From a virus (lineage: Duplodnaviria > Caudoviricetes): a stretch of DNA of 64,000 bases. The DNA is taken from IMG/VR virus record IMGVR_UViG_2706796519_000001, positions 6,271-70,270 of that record. One strand, written 5' to 3'. Every line of letters begins with the position of its first letter. The first letter of the stretch is position 1. Positions 46,934 to 56,198 of this stretch are shown in pieces. The notes under the pieces are model-generated. The model had not been told where the DNA came from and did not search any database. It worked only from the letters and a program-made list of their open reading frames with translations. Both the position numbers and the translations under genes were made by a program.

Positions 46934-47434
46934 CTACAGATCGGGGTTGACGTCGTGGCGGGGGCGGGCGGCGATTCCTCCGCCGAGGGCGAGATACCCG
47001 ACGCCATCGGTCCAGATGTCGGCGTGCTCGGGTGACTTGATCAGCCGGGCGACCTTGACCAGGGCCATGCAGATCGCGACTTGTTCGGGGGTGACGTCGT
47101 GGCCGAAGATCACGGCCCAGAGCGCGCCGGTCTCGCGGAAGTTGATCTCCGCGTCGCCGTAGACCGCGTTGCGGTCGTTGTTGACGAGATCGGCGGCGCG
47201 ATTGCAGATGTCGCGGGCGCGGTCGCCGGTCGTCTCCTCGCGGAGCACGTAGTGGTAGCTCGGGTCGCCGGGAAACGGCAGGTTGTCGTCGTAGTCATGG
47301 GCGGGGTCGTATCCCATCACGGGTCTCCTCGGGGTAGCAGCGGCGTTGATCTCGCGCTCGAAAGCTCCGCAGGTGCAGGCGATGCCGTCGGGCCGGAGAA
47401 ATTCACAGCTGGGGTTGTGCAGCGTATGCCTCAT
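46934..47434 (-). CDS. DUF6378-like domain protein
   Basis: AADLVNNDRNAVYGD...NF...ALW...VAICMALVKVAR...DxxTDGVGY. Confidence 0.75.
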   Translation of the reverse strand: MRHTLHNPSCEFLRPDGIACTCGAFEREINAAATPRRPVMGYDPAHDYDDNLPFPGDPSYHYVLREETTGDRARDICNRAADLVNNDRNAVYGDAEINFRETGALWAVIFGHDVTPEQVAICMALVKVARLIKSPEHADIWTDGVGYLALGGGIAARPRHDVNPDL

Positions 47435-47437
47435 CGC

Positions 47438-49291
47438 TCAGACCTTGGCCCAGGCGTGGCCCATGTCGGCGCGGTCGGTGCGCAGGATCGGGACGCGCTG
47501 AGCCCAGTCGATCAGGAACGGCGGCGGAGTCATCATGATGCGCTGGACCTCCTCGGCGACGGCGGTGTCCACCACGACCTCATCGTGCATCGCGAGGTGC
47601 AGCGAGTCGCCGAGGCCTTGCCGCTCCATCTCGACAATCGTGTGCGCGAGCACGTCGTACGCCGACCCCTGAATGCAGTAGTTGACGGCCTTGTACTCGA
47701 ACCCGGCGTCGATCGGGAGGATGCGCCCGGCGGCGGTGATCGTGACGCCGGTCTGCGTCGCGACGTCCATCACCCGACTCATCCACGCCTCGCACCGCTT
47801 CATCGCGTTGAACATCTGCCGCCTGATCTGCATCGCCGATTCCTCGGTGTGGTTGATCTTGCGGGCGAGGTTCGCGATTCCCAGACCGTACATCGTCGCC
47901 AGCAGCACGATCTTGGCGATGTCGCGCCCGGCCTTGGTCATCGGCAGGCCGCACGACCGCTGGATCGGCTCATAGAGATCATCACCGCGCTCGTAGCTCT
48001 CCACGAACTCGACGTCGCGGGCCATCGCCGCCATCGTCACCGGCTCGATCTGAGACCAGTCGATGGAGGTGAGGCCTTGCCCGTCGTCGCAGATGACGGG
48101 GCGCGCCTCCGCCGGGAACTGCTGCAACTCAGGCAGGCCGTAGCTCATCCGGCCCGTCGCGCTCGCGCCGAGCACCCCGACCTGCGGGTGGCAGCGCCCG
48201 GTGACCGAGGCCTGACGGTCCACCTTGTCGAGGTAGCCCATGACCTTCTCGATCGTGGCGAGCTTGCGCTGCGCGGCGGCGAGCGGATGGTCCAGACCGT
48301 CGAGGTTGGCCTTGTCGGATTTGAGCTTGCCGCGAGGGGTGCGCGGCCACGGGTCGGGCAGCTCGCCGCGCTCATGCAGGTACTCGACCAGCTTCGCGCC
48401 CTTCCCGGCTCCGCCTTCCAGCCCGTGCACCGCCAGCTCGGCGATAGCCAGGTTGCGCTCGACGTCGACCTGCTCGGCGTACCGATCGAGATATTCGCGG
48501 TCGACGTTCAGCCCGAGCGCGGAGCGCCGGAGCATGACGCGGTGGGTCGTCTCCTGCACCCCCAGTTGCGCCTGGGCCTCCGCCGGGGTGTTGGCACCGA
48601 ACCCGGCGAACGAGTGATCCATCGCCCACTCGGTGCACATCCCGCGCAGCATCGGTTCCAGCTGCAGCGTGACCACGGTGTCGCCCATCGCGCCCTGCCG
48701 ATAGATCGGCGAGCCGATGTCGAGGCCTTCGTACCCGGCCTGAATCGTTTTGTAGCCGGAGGCCTTGAACGCGCGCTCCATCCCGCCCTTGAAATCGCTG
48801 TAGCCGAGCACGCGGATAGCGAGCGCTTCCAGGTTCTTGCGGATCATCGTGTCCGGCAGCGAGAACCGGGCCAGCAGCAGCGTGTCCACGACGCGGTTGA
48901 TCGTGTCGAGCGTGATCAGACCCGCGTGGTGCAGCGGCGGGATGTCGAACGGGGCGTTGTGCAGGATCAGGTGACTGGCCCGGCCCAGCAGCGCCTCCGC
49001 GATGTCGTGGTGGAGCCGGTCGCGGGCCGGGTCGAGCAGAATCGCCTCGCACCGCCCGTCCGACCGGTGCCACGCCGCCGTCAGGCAGTTGATCGTGAAC
49101 GCATTGTCGAGGCCGGGGGTCTCGATGTCGATCGCGAGCGGAGCGTCCATCGGGAACCGCTCAGCTGCGCGCTGAGCTTCCAGGCCGGTGCTCAGGTACG
49201 AGCCAAGCACCGGGTCGAACGATCGGCGGTTGGGGACGCGAGGCACGGCAGTGGTGCCGAGGCGGGCGGCGTCGGAGTCGGTGAGCTTCAT
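47438..49291 (-). CDS. polA: DNA polymerase I (family A) with a 3'-5' exonuclease domain
   Basis: DIET, HNAPFD, ATGRMS, DWSQIE, R..AK...LATMYG, MHDE motifs; ATG 49291 overlaps the upstream stop. Confidence 0.95.
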   Translation of the reverse strand: MKLTDSDAARLGTTAVPRVPNRRSFDPVLGSYLSTGLEAQRAAERFPMDAPLAIDIETPGLDNAFTINCLTAAWHRSDGRCEAILLDPARDRLHHDIAEALLGRASHLILHNAPFDIPPLHHAGLITLDTINRVVDTLLLARFSLPDTMIRKNLEALAIRVLGYSDFKGGMERAFKASGYKTIQAGYEGLDIGSPIYRQGAMGDTVVTLQLEPMLRGMCTEWAMDHSFAGFGANTPAEAQAQLGVQETTHRVMLRRSALGLNVDREYLDRYAEQVDVERNLAIAELAVHGLEGGAGKGAKLVEYLHERGELPDPWPRTPRGKLKSDKANLDGLDHPLAAAQRKLATIEKVMGYLDKVDRQASVTGRCHPQVGVLGASATGRMSYGLPELQQFPAEARPVICDDGQGLTSIDWSQIEPVTMAAMARDVEFVESYERGDDLYEPIQRSCGLPMTKAGRDIAKIVLLATMYGLGIANLARKINHTEESAMQIRRQMFNAMKRCEAWMSRVMDVATQTGVTITAAGRILPIDAGFEYKAVNYCIQGSAYDVLAHTIVEMERQGLGDSLHLAMHDEVVVDTAVAEEVQRIMMTPPPFLIDWAQRVPILRTDRADMGHAWAKV

Positions 49292-49896
49292 CGAGGGCCC
49301 TTGTCGGTGTCGTCGCCCAGAATGATGCCGGTCGGCTCGCCGTCGGCGGCGCGGTCCCGATCGAGCCACACCGCATAGGCCTCGTTCGCCTGCTCCGGTG
49401 TGATCACCCCGGCGTTGACGATCTCGCTCAGGGTGTCCCGGTCGAGCCACGACTGAAATTTCTCAGCCACCTGCAGCACCGGCCCGAGCACCGGCCCGTC
49501 GCCGTTGCGCGGGAGGACGTAGAGCGTGTCCCCGCGAAACAACTCGACCGCAGCCTTGAGCGCCGTCTCGCGGGACCAGGTGCCGCCGTGCATCGCGGGA
49601 ATCGTGTACAACGGCAGCTGGCTCGCGTCGAACTCGTCGGACGCCGGTACCTCGCCCCACCGGATCACGGTCGCCGGGAACGTCACCCCGGCCTGGTCGA
49701 TGGTCATCGGATCCCAGCCGCCGGGGCTGATCCACACGTCGATGCGCGGGGTGCCGTCGTCGTAGCGGTCCACCTCGCGGCGCACGAACGCGACGGCCTC
49801 ACTGGTGTGATCGCCGGGGATGCGCAGCCAGGAGATGACGGTGCCGTCGGGCACGGTCTCAAGCTCGGCGGCGGAGGCGACGAACGCCGCGCTCAT
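49288..49896 (-). CDS. Hypothetical protein
   Basis: ATGA overlaps; 202 aa. Confidence 0.65.
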   Translation of the reverse strand: MSAAFVASAAELETVPDGTVISWLRIPGDHTSEAVAFVRREVDRYDDGTPRIDVWISPGGWDPMTIDQAGVTFPATVIRWGEVPASDEFDASQLPLYTIPAMHGGTWSRETALKAAVELFRGDTLYVLPRNGDGPVLGPVLQVAEKFQSWLDRDTLSEIVNAGVITPEQANEAYAVWLDRDRAADGEPTGIILGDDTDKGPR

Positions 49897-50327
49897 CGAC
49901 GTGCGCCCGAGGTCGCGACGTCCACGTTCAGCTCGTAGGCCTTGAGGGCGTCGGCGACGGCGGCGGGCAGCTCGTCGCGATCGAACACGACGTACCCGGC
50001 CTCGCGGGTCCACCGGCGCTCGAACTCGCGGTGGCGGGTGACCTTCTCGGAGACCTCGCCGTTCTTGCGGCGGAGCGGGCCGCTGACCTTGACGTTGGTC
50101 AACTCGCCGTTCGTCCAATTGACGGTCGAGAACTCGGGCCGGAACGTCTCTCCCGTGCGGGTGTACGGGTCCCCGACGTCGGGCACGGTCTCGGGCCGGA
50201 TGCCGAAGTAGGCCGTGTGGGTGACGATGGTCTCGTCGCCCTGAATCGCGCGCCGGGTCACGCGGGTGTTGGTGACGCTGCGAAGCCAGTCGATGTCGCG
50301 GGTGCCGGTGATCGGGTCAGTAGGCAT
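49893..50327 (-). CDS. Hypothetical protein
   Basis: 144 aa, AGGAG SD. Confidence 0.7.
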   Translation of the reverse strand: MPTDPITGTRDIDWLRSVTNTRVTRRAIQGDETIVTHTAYFGIRPETVPDVGDPYTRTGETFRPEFSTVNWTNGELTNVKVSGPLRRKNGEVSEKVTRHREFERRWTREAGYVVFDRDELPAAVADALKAYELNVDVATSGARR

Positions 50328-50366
50328 GGTCGGGGTTCTCCTGTCGTGGTTGTGGTGAGGTCGAGG

Positions 50367-50627
50367 CTAGCTCTGGCGGTCGGGGATGTCTCCGAGATGA
50401 GTGGCGGGGTCGCCGTCGGCGAACGACGCGACCAGCTTGGCGGGACCGTGGCCGTTGGAGCCGGTCGTGCGCCAGACCCGAACGACGTCGCGCCCGCCCT
50501 CGTAGGAGATCGTGACCCGGCACCCGACGTCCCACCCCGAGGCGGAGGCGTCGAGGCCGGAGTTCTTGGAGCCGAGGCGGGACGCTTCGCCGCGCTGGCC
50601 TTGCACGGTGCCATAGAAGTGCGCCAT
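50367..50627 (-). CDS. Hypothetical protein
   Basis: 86 aa, MAHFYGTVQG...RLGSK. Confidence 0.7.
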   Translation of the reverse strand: MAHFYGTVQGQRGEASRLGSKNSGLDASASGWDVGCRVTISYEGGRDVVRVWRTTGSNGHGPAKLVASFADGDPATHLGDIPDRQS

Positions 50628-50995
50628 CAGCGGATACCTCCCAGCGCCATCGACGCGCCCACGATGGTGAATTTGTCCTCGACGTTGATGCCGTGCCGCT
50701 CGTTGACGGCATCGACGTAGCGCCGCACCCAGTCGTACGAGACCATCGGCGGAGCCTCCCAGATCGGGACGTACCCGGCCTCGGTCTCGTTGACCAACGC
50801 CACGCCCATCACCTCATCGAAATACAGGCAGGTGCGCGCGTTGGGGTTGTCGTTGAGCCGGGCCAGGGTGAAAGCCTCGACCGTGCCGCAGCGGTCGCAG
50901 ATGTAGCGGTCGGTGTAGCGGCTCAGCGCGTTGCGGACCTCGACGGGGTTGAGCGGCTTCGCGCACAGCGGGCAGCGCTGCTGCGGCGTGCTCAT
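50627..50995 (-). CDS. Zn-ribbon protein
   Basis: CPLC...NALSR...ICDRCG; ATGA overlap. Confidence 0.65.
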   Translation of the reverse strand: MSTPQQRCPLCAKPLNPVEVRNALSRYTDRYICDRCGTVEAFTLARLNDNPNARTCLYFDEVMGVALVNETEAGYVPIWEAPPMVSYDWVRRYVDAVNERHGINVEDKFTIVGASMALGGIR

Positions 50996-51378
50996 CGGGT
51001 CACCCGCAACCCGGCGTACACGTCGCCCTCGCCGGTGTTGGGGTCGACCACGACGTGGCACGGCCACAGGCCGACCAGCTTGCCGTGATCATCCCAGCAG
51101 CCCGGCGTCGCCGTCTCGGGACCGCAGACCCGGTTGCCCCTCGTCCGGCAGTCCCACGCCGGGTCGTCCTCCTCGGGGCCGATGCCGGTCACCATCTCGA
51201 CGTACTCGGCGTAGTCGAACGAGCGCCCGGTGAAGGCGGTCGAGGTCGAGGCCTCGGCGGTTGTCACCTGGTGATCGCGCGGCTCCGCTACAGCGAGGCC
51301 CAGGGGCAGTCCGGCGGCGAGGCCGACGAACACGCCAGCCGCGAACATCACCGCGCGGTCGATAGTCGAAGGTTTCAT
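50992..51378 (-). CDS. Membrane-anchored protein
   Basis: N-terminal TM segment; EEDDPAWDC..GNRVCG. Confidence 0.65.
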   Translation of the reverse strand: MKPSTIDRAVMFAAGVFVGLAAGLPLGLAVAEPRDHQVTTAEASTSTAFTGRSFDYAEYVEMVTGIGPEEDDPAWDCRTRGNRVCGPETATPGCWDDHGKLVGLWPCHVVVDPNTGEGDVYAGLRVTR

Positions 51379-51403
51379 CAGGTCAGAGCCTTTCAGGTCT
51401 CCC

Positions 51404-51461
51404 GGCGGGTCGGTCCCGCTCGGGTTAGTTTTTTATACCCGATAGACCCACTGGCCGTCTA
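51404..51461 (-). promoter_or_regulatory. Repeated promoter cassette, copy 3 (TAGACG-18-TATAAA plus leader hairpin)
   Basis: -35 at 51456-51461, -10 at 51432-51437, hairpin at 51404-51419. Confidence 0.65.
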
Positions 51462-51842
51462 GCCCGAGTTTCCCGACGTATGACGGTATTGTCCGGTACG
51501 GTGCCACCGCTGACCTCTTTGGGCCTGGTAGAGCGTCACAATAGCGCGGCTCAGATCGGGCGGCAGCAAACTCAGCACCCGGCCTATCTCCGAGGCCGGA
51601 TTCCACGCGCCCAACGCAGCCTCGGTCGGAGCCTCGCCGGTCTCGCGGATCGACAGTTCCTCGATCAGCGCGCAGAACGGGCCGAAGTGGTTGGCGCTTT
51701 GCGGTCGGGCGCAGGCGTACCCGAGCGCGAATGCGAGCGCGGCGGTCGGGGTCTCCGATAGCGGGGTCGCCGGGCCGGACGGTGCGCCGAAGTCGGGCCG
51801 GACGGGAACGGGGCGGCGGTCGGGATTGTGGTCGTGGGTCAT
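51459..51842 (-). CDS. Hypothetical protein
   Basis: 127-aa ORF filling the gap; weak SD. Confidence 0.5.
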   Translation of the reverse strand: MTHDHNPDRRPVPVRPDFGAPSGPATPLSETPTAALAFALGYACARPQSANHFGPFCALIEELSIRETGEAPTEAALGAWNPASEIGRVLSLLPPDLSRAIVTLYQAQRGQRWHRTGQYRHTSGNSG

Positions 51843-52211
51843 GCGCTGGACTCTACCCCGTCAGCGTCGGGTGACTGCCTCACGCGCGTGCGCGCGCGCG
51901 ATCTTAGTGGTTCGCACCCCACGACGTCTATTAAGAATTATTCTTAGAATGCGACCCCTCGACTTTATTTTGAACAGGGGTATAGGATCGGCGGCGAGAC
52001 TTGCCGGTCCATACCACCCCGCTATCGCGGTCCTGATCGGCAAGATTATTTTTTCTCTGGAGTCGCCCGAGAACCCCACTGGGACTACCCCGAGGGCGAC
52101 GTCTGGGAGACCGCAGGCGCGTCTCGCTCGCGCCCGCCTCGCGGACAAGGCCGACGGGTGGGACGCGGATATGGGATAGCGCGCTAACCCGTAGTCAGAT
52201 AGAGTCGAGGC
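51843..52211. other. AT-rich non-coding divergence region (candidate origin or control region)
   Basis: No credible gene; T/A tracts; palindrome TAAGAAT-T-ATTCTTA at 51932-51946. Confidence 0.5.
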
Positions 52212-52985
52212 ATGACCACGAAACATGACGGGCGCGATCTGCCCTACACACTCGATGAAGCCGACGCGAATATCTCGGAGACGCTGAACCGTCCGGCGGG
52301 ATTCGCCGAGACCGTCCAGAAGCTCGCCGACGTCAAGGCCGTCAGCAAGACGCTGAAGGATCGGCGCGAACAGGTCTGGAAGCAGGTCAAGGGCCTGTCC
52401 GACGGCAAGAACGTCCGCGCCGTGCGCAGCGGTGCGCCGGGCGGCGGGTGGGTGTTGCGCCCGATCACGTCGCCGAGGTCCGCGACCCGCAAGGCCTACA
52501 GCGCAGCGGTGAAGGCGGCGGAACCGGAGCTGTGGCGGCGGTGCCTCGTTCCGCGCCGGGTGATCACGGTGGCCGCGCCGAAGGACTACGAGAGCAGCGG
52601 ACTCGACGTGAAGTTGCCCGCGCTGCCGAACCGGGGCGCGTCGCCGGAGGCGCTGATCAGGATGTACAAGTCCAAGCTCTACACCGATCAGCTGCGGGAA
52701 CTCGGGCTGATGGAGGACGACGCGAAGCTGGCGCTCGACAAGATCGCGGCGGAGATCGGGTGGGAGGGCGAGCAGTACCGGTTCACCGACGGGTGGCGGG
52801 TGCAGCTGGTGCAGGAGACGTTTGACGGGGAGCGGCTGCGGCAGATCGACCCGGCGGCGTGGGACCGGCTGAGCGAGGTCGTGGAGACCGGCGGCGTCAC
52901 CAAGCTCACCCTCAGCGAGTACGACAACGCGGTCGCGAACGGGTGGGTCGACTTGGATGAAATTGACGAGATCGACGGTGACTGA
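52212..52985 (+). CDS. Hypothetical protein
   Basis: 257 aa, phage-like codon usage; TAGAGT -10 lies 6 nt upstream. Confidence 0.75.
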   Translation: MTTKHDGRDLPYTLDEADANISETLNRPAGFAETVQKLADVKAVSKTLKDRREQVWKQVKGLSDGKNVRAVRSGAPGGGWVLRPITSPRSATRKAYSAAVKAAEPELWRRCLVPRRVITVAAPKDYESSGLDVKLPALPNRGASPEALIRMYKSKLYTDQLRELGLMEDDAKLALDKIAAEIGWEGEQYRFTDGWRVQLVQETFDGERLRQIDPAAWDRLSEVVETGGVTKLTLSEYDNAVANGWVDLDEIDEIDGD

Positions 52986-53066
52986 GCCGAGGCGGCGACG
53001 CTCCGCTGAGCGAAGTTCCACACCTTTTGGTTGCGGCCAGACCCAGGACGGTATACCTTGCTATCC

Positions 53067-53315
53067 ATGACCACGAGAACCCCCGCGCGGCGTCCCGAGG
53101 CCTCGCGGCACCCGGCCCAGGGCACCCAGCTGATGCCTATCAAAGGCAGCCTTGAGCTGCGCAAACGTCTCAAGATCGCGGCGGCGGAGGACGGCTTGAC
53201 CTATGCCGAGATGATCTGGGCGCTACTGGATATTCGCGAGGATCGGCGTGCCCGGCAGCGCCGAATGCAGCGGTCGCCGCTGCACCGCGTACCCGACCCG
53301 GTGATCGAGTTGTGA
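53067..53315 (+). CDS. Ribbon-helix-helix-like DNA-binding protein
   Basis: QLMPIKG...LRKRLKIAAAEDGLTYAEMIWALLD; TACCTT -10 lies 7 nt upstream. Confidence 0.65.
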   Translation: MTTRTPARRPEASRHPAQGTQLMPIKGSLELRKRLKIAAAEDGLTYAEMIWALLDIREDRRARQRRMQRSPLHRVPDPVIEL

Positions 53316-53475
53316 GCGCGTCGAGGCCGCTCGGCGGCTGCGTGTGCGGCGGAGACCTCCGAGGGTCGTGCCCGGTGCACGATCGCCCGCGAGGCGAGAA
53401 GCTAGAACGCAAAGATGACGATGACCGGCCCGCGATCGGGTTGACCGGCGAGGTTCGCCCGCCGGACGGTGAGCC

Positions 53476-53694
53476 GTGATCGCCCTCGGCACCCAGGTGC
53501 CTGAGCTGAGCGACGAGCACGCCGACGGCACGATCTGGGCCGACGTCGAGGGCGACATCTGGACCCCGTGCCCGTTCGGGTGGGTCGTGAGCCGACGGAT
53601 GCCGTTCTCCATCGTCTCCGACCTCGCCCACCCCGGTCCCGTCTACGGGCCGTACACCGCCGTGCTCCACCCGACTGACCCCGGCCCGAGATGA
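53476..53694 (+). CDS. Hypothetical protein
   Basis: 72 aa; WADVEGDIW...GPYT; overlap with the next gene. Confidence 0.6.
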   Translation: MIALGTQVPELSDEHADGTIWADVEGDIWTPCPFGWVVSRRMPFSIVSDLAHPGPVYGPYTAVLHPTDPGPR

Positions 53695-53933
53695 CGACCA
53701 GAGGAGGCGGCGTGAGCCGTACCGGCGGTCACTCGTCTGCACTCGATGCCTCTGACTTGCGGCGTCTCGGGATAATCCGTGCGCGTGTCGACAGGGCGAC
53801 CGCTTGCCACTACCGCGACAGCGGCAGGATCATCGTCGTAGCCGACAAGAACGACTTTGAGGCGGCTGCGCTCGCGCTCGCGGAGCTGACCGCCTCATGT
53901 GCACCGGAGGAGGAGGAGGAGACGACGCCGTGA
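53691..53933 (+). CDS. Hypothetical protein
   Basis: 4-nt overlaps with both neighbours. Confidence 0.55.
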   Translation: MTTRGGGVSRTGGHSSALDASDLRRLGIIRARVDRATACHYRDSGRIIVVADKNDFEAAALALAELTASCAPEEEEETTP

Positions 53934-54571
53934 CGGTCAGCGACGACGACATAGCCAACATGCTCAACGAGGAACTGTTCGCGCGCCGGACCAAGGCGCT
54001 GTTCCTCTCCAACGCGGGCGCGACCATCGCCAAGATCGCCGAGGAATGCGGGGTGTCGACCTCGACCGTCCGCAAGGATCTCGACATCGCCAAACGCCAG
54101 TACCTCGCCGATACCCCTGACCAGCGCCGGGCCGTGCAGATGTCCGTCATTCACGACATGCGCAAGGCGAACTACCCGGCGATGATGCGCGGGGACACCG
54201 ACGCCGCCAACGTCATCCTCCGAGGTCTCAAGCAGGAGGCCAGCCTGTTCGGGTTGTTCCCGAAGGTGCTGGAAGTGCCGGGTATCGACTCCGTGAGCGC
54301 GGCGAACGAGGCCGCTGCGCTGATCGAACGCATCGCACAAATCGACCCCCAAGGACTCAGGGAGATCACCCGTGGACAAACACCGCTTGACGTCGACACC
54401 GTGGAAGATAACGACGAACCTCCCACGGGCTCAACACCTTTCGATGCTGCGCAACCTGCTGGGTATGTGGGGGAGACCGACGAACCAGCCGAGGCCGGAG
54501 ACTCCGCCGGAGTACCTGGACCGGCTATCGACCCCGACGGCGATGACGACTGGTCCAATATCGGCGGCTGA
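53930..54571 (+). CDS. HTH DNA-binding protein (terminase small subunit-like)
   Basis: ARRTKALFLSNAGATIAKIAEECGVSTSTVRKDL HTH, helical middle region, acidic tail; small-terminase call is inferred. Confidence 0.6.
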   Translation: MTVSDDDIANMLNEELFARRTKALFLSNAGATIAKIAEECGVSTSTVRKDLDIAKRQYLADTPDQRRAVQMSVIHDMRKANYPAMMRGDTDAANVILRGLKQEASLFGLFPKVLEVPGIDSVSAANEAAALIERIAQIDPQGLREITRGQTPLDVDTVEDNDEPPTGSTPFDAAQPAGYVGETDEPAEAGDSAGVPGPAIDPDGDDDWSNIGG

Positions 54572-55166
54572 GCCGGAGCCTCGCGTCACCCACAGCTGCG
54601 ATCTGGTCGAGCGGCACAGGATCACCCTGCCCGCCGGAGCGACCGGCGATAACGTCGCCGTCGCCCGGCTCCACGCGGAGGCCTATGCCCGAGCGCGGGG
54701 GTTTGAGCTGAGTGCCGGGTCGATCGGCGTCGTCAGCCGCAGGGGCAAGGCCGGTGATGAGTTCATCGGGGTCACGTTCGACGTCACGGTCGGCAAGGGC
54801 GACATCGCCCTCGACCAGTCGACGCCGGGCGTGCTCGATCGGTGGACGTGGAGCGGGGGCGCGGTGCAGTGGTGGCGTCGCGTGCTGAACAACGGCGACG
54901 GTCGCCAAGGCAGAGTCCTCGCCCGGCGCGATGATCTGGACCGGGGTCGCCGGGTCGTGCCCGGCCCGTGGCGCGGAGCGCAGGCGCTGAACGGCTTCGA
55001 TCAGGCTTCCCAGACCGGCCATCCGACCGTCGCCGACGACCGGGTACCGCCGTGGATGAAGCACAGCGAGACCCCGACGTGGGAAGGCGGCTCCGCCGGT
55101 CCCCACACCGAGGCCTGCGACGGCGAGCCTCACCCCGGCCAGTCGTGCCCCGTCGACTATCCCTGA
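54543..55166 (+). CDS. Hypothetical protein
   Basis: Long ORF in the rightward operon; start uncertain. Confidence 0.55.
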   Translation: MTTGPISAAEPEPRVTHSCDLVERHRITLPAGATGDNVAVARLHAEAYARARGFELSAGSIGVVSRRGKAGDEFIGVTFDVTVGKGDIALDQSTPGVLDRWTWSGGAVQWWRRVLNNGDGRQGRVLARRDDLDRGRRVVPGPWRGAQALNGFDQASQTGHPTVADDRVPPWMKHSETPTWEGGSAGPHTEACDGEPHPGQSCPVDYP

Positions 55167-55348
55167 TGGGCAAGGTCAAGAACCCTCGCCGGGCACGGGA
55201 GACGGTGAACTGGCGGGTGTATGCGGCTGGGCCGACGAAGGCCTTGGCCGTCGAGCCGGGCGGCGACCATGAGTGGGTGTTCGAGGGGTCGGAGTCGACG
55301 TTGGACGACGCGATCGAGTTCGCTGCCTCCCGACTGCGCGATGAGTGA
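55166..55348 (+). CDS. 60-aa hypothetical protein
   Basis: ATG overlaps the upstream TGA. Confidence 0.55.
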   Translation: MGKVKNPRRARETVNWRVYAAGPTKALAVEPGGDHEWVFEGSESTLDDAIEFAASRLRDE

Positions 55349-55363
55349 GTTATTCTCTGCGCT

Positions 55364-55873
55364 GTGGGTGGATGGCGACCAGATGAGATGCTGGTACCGG
55401 CGTTGCTGGCGGGGTCACCGACGACGATGGATGACCTTGACGGGTGCGACCGGGTGTGGGCCGTCGTGGTGATGACCGATGATGAGGACATGACCGCCGA
55501 GGCCATCGCTGAGCGACTAGGCTGCTCGCTCCGGCTGGTCCGCACGATCCTCGCCGACCCGGCGACCGTGCTGATGCGGATGTACCGGGCGGAGGCGGAG
55601 ACATTCGAGCGTGAGTTGGGCATGGCCTCCGGCGAGGTCGCCCGCCTCAACTCGGCGCTGATGACGGTGACGGGTGAGCGGGACCGGATGCAGGTCCAGC
55701 GCGACCGCCTGCTGCAGGTGAGCCTCGCCGAGCGGGCCGGGGAGACCCACAGCTGCGGCTGTCTCGTCTCCCGCTACAACACCTACGTCTCCCCCAGTGG
55801 GAAGATGGGCTGCCGCGAGCATCGACGTCTCGCCGTCGCCCGGCACCGTGCACGTTCCAAGCTCAGCGCGTAG
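55364..55873 (+). CDS. HTH-containing coiled-coil protein with a C-terminal Cys/His motif
   Basis: MTAEAIAERLGCSLRLVRTI; 5' end may be frameshifted (see findings). Confidence 0.65.
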   Translation: MGGWRPDEMLVPALLAGSPTTMDDLDGCDRVWAVVVMTDDEDMTAEAIAERLGCSLRLVRTILADPATVLMRMYRAEAETFERELGMASGEVARLNSALMTVTGERDRMQVQRDRLLQVSLAERAGETHSCGCLVSRYNTYVSPSGKMGCREHRRLAVARHRARSKLSA

Positions 55874-55883
55874 CCTCGACCGC

Positions 55884-56198
55884 ATGGGCAAGCGGGGTAC
55901 TCGCTCCGGCCTCCGGCGAGGCCGGGCCAAGGTCGCCCGACCGGGACACGGCGGGCCATCCCTTCACAGCGCTACAGGCAACGTCGGCGCATTCTCGGCC
56001 CGCTCCGGCGGAGGTCGCGGCGGAGGCGGCTATCGAGGGTTCAAGTCCAAGAAACAGTGGCGCTGGGCCTACGCGACGCATCAGCCGTGGGCGCGAAAGA
56101 AGGCTCACGAAACCAAGGGCGGCAAGATCACCCGCTACCGTCGACTGCCCGCCTCCAAGCACTCCGGCCACAAGGGATCTCGCGTCCCCAAGGCCTAA
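55884..56198 (+). CDS. Very basic Arg/Lys/Gly-rich protein
   Basis: ATG 55884 lies 7 nt after TAGCCT; FKSKKQWRWAYA motif. Confidence 0.7.
   Translation: MGKRGTRSGLRRGRAKVARPGHGGPSLHSATGNVGAFSARSGGGRGGGGYRGFKSKKQWRWAYATHQPWARKKAHETKGGKITRYRRLPASKHSGHKGSRVPKA

Noticed and set aside
47081-49378. 765-aa + strand ORF opposite the DNA polymerase gene
   Set aside because: Shadow ORF from high GC3 bias; low-complexity R/G/A/V content, no motifs, no SD
51466-51494. Plus-strand TTCCCG-n5-TGACGG-TATTGT resembling the cassette spacer and -10
   Set aside because: No recognisable -35, lies inside a CDS, and no downstream + strand gene; may be chance
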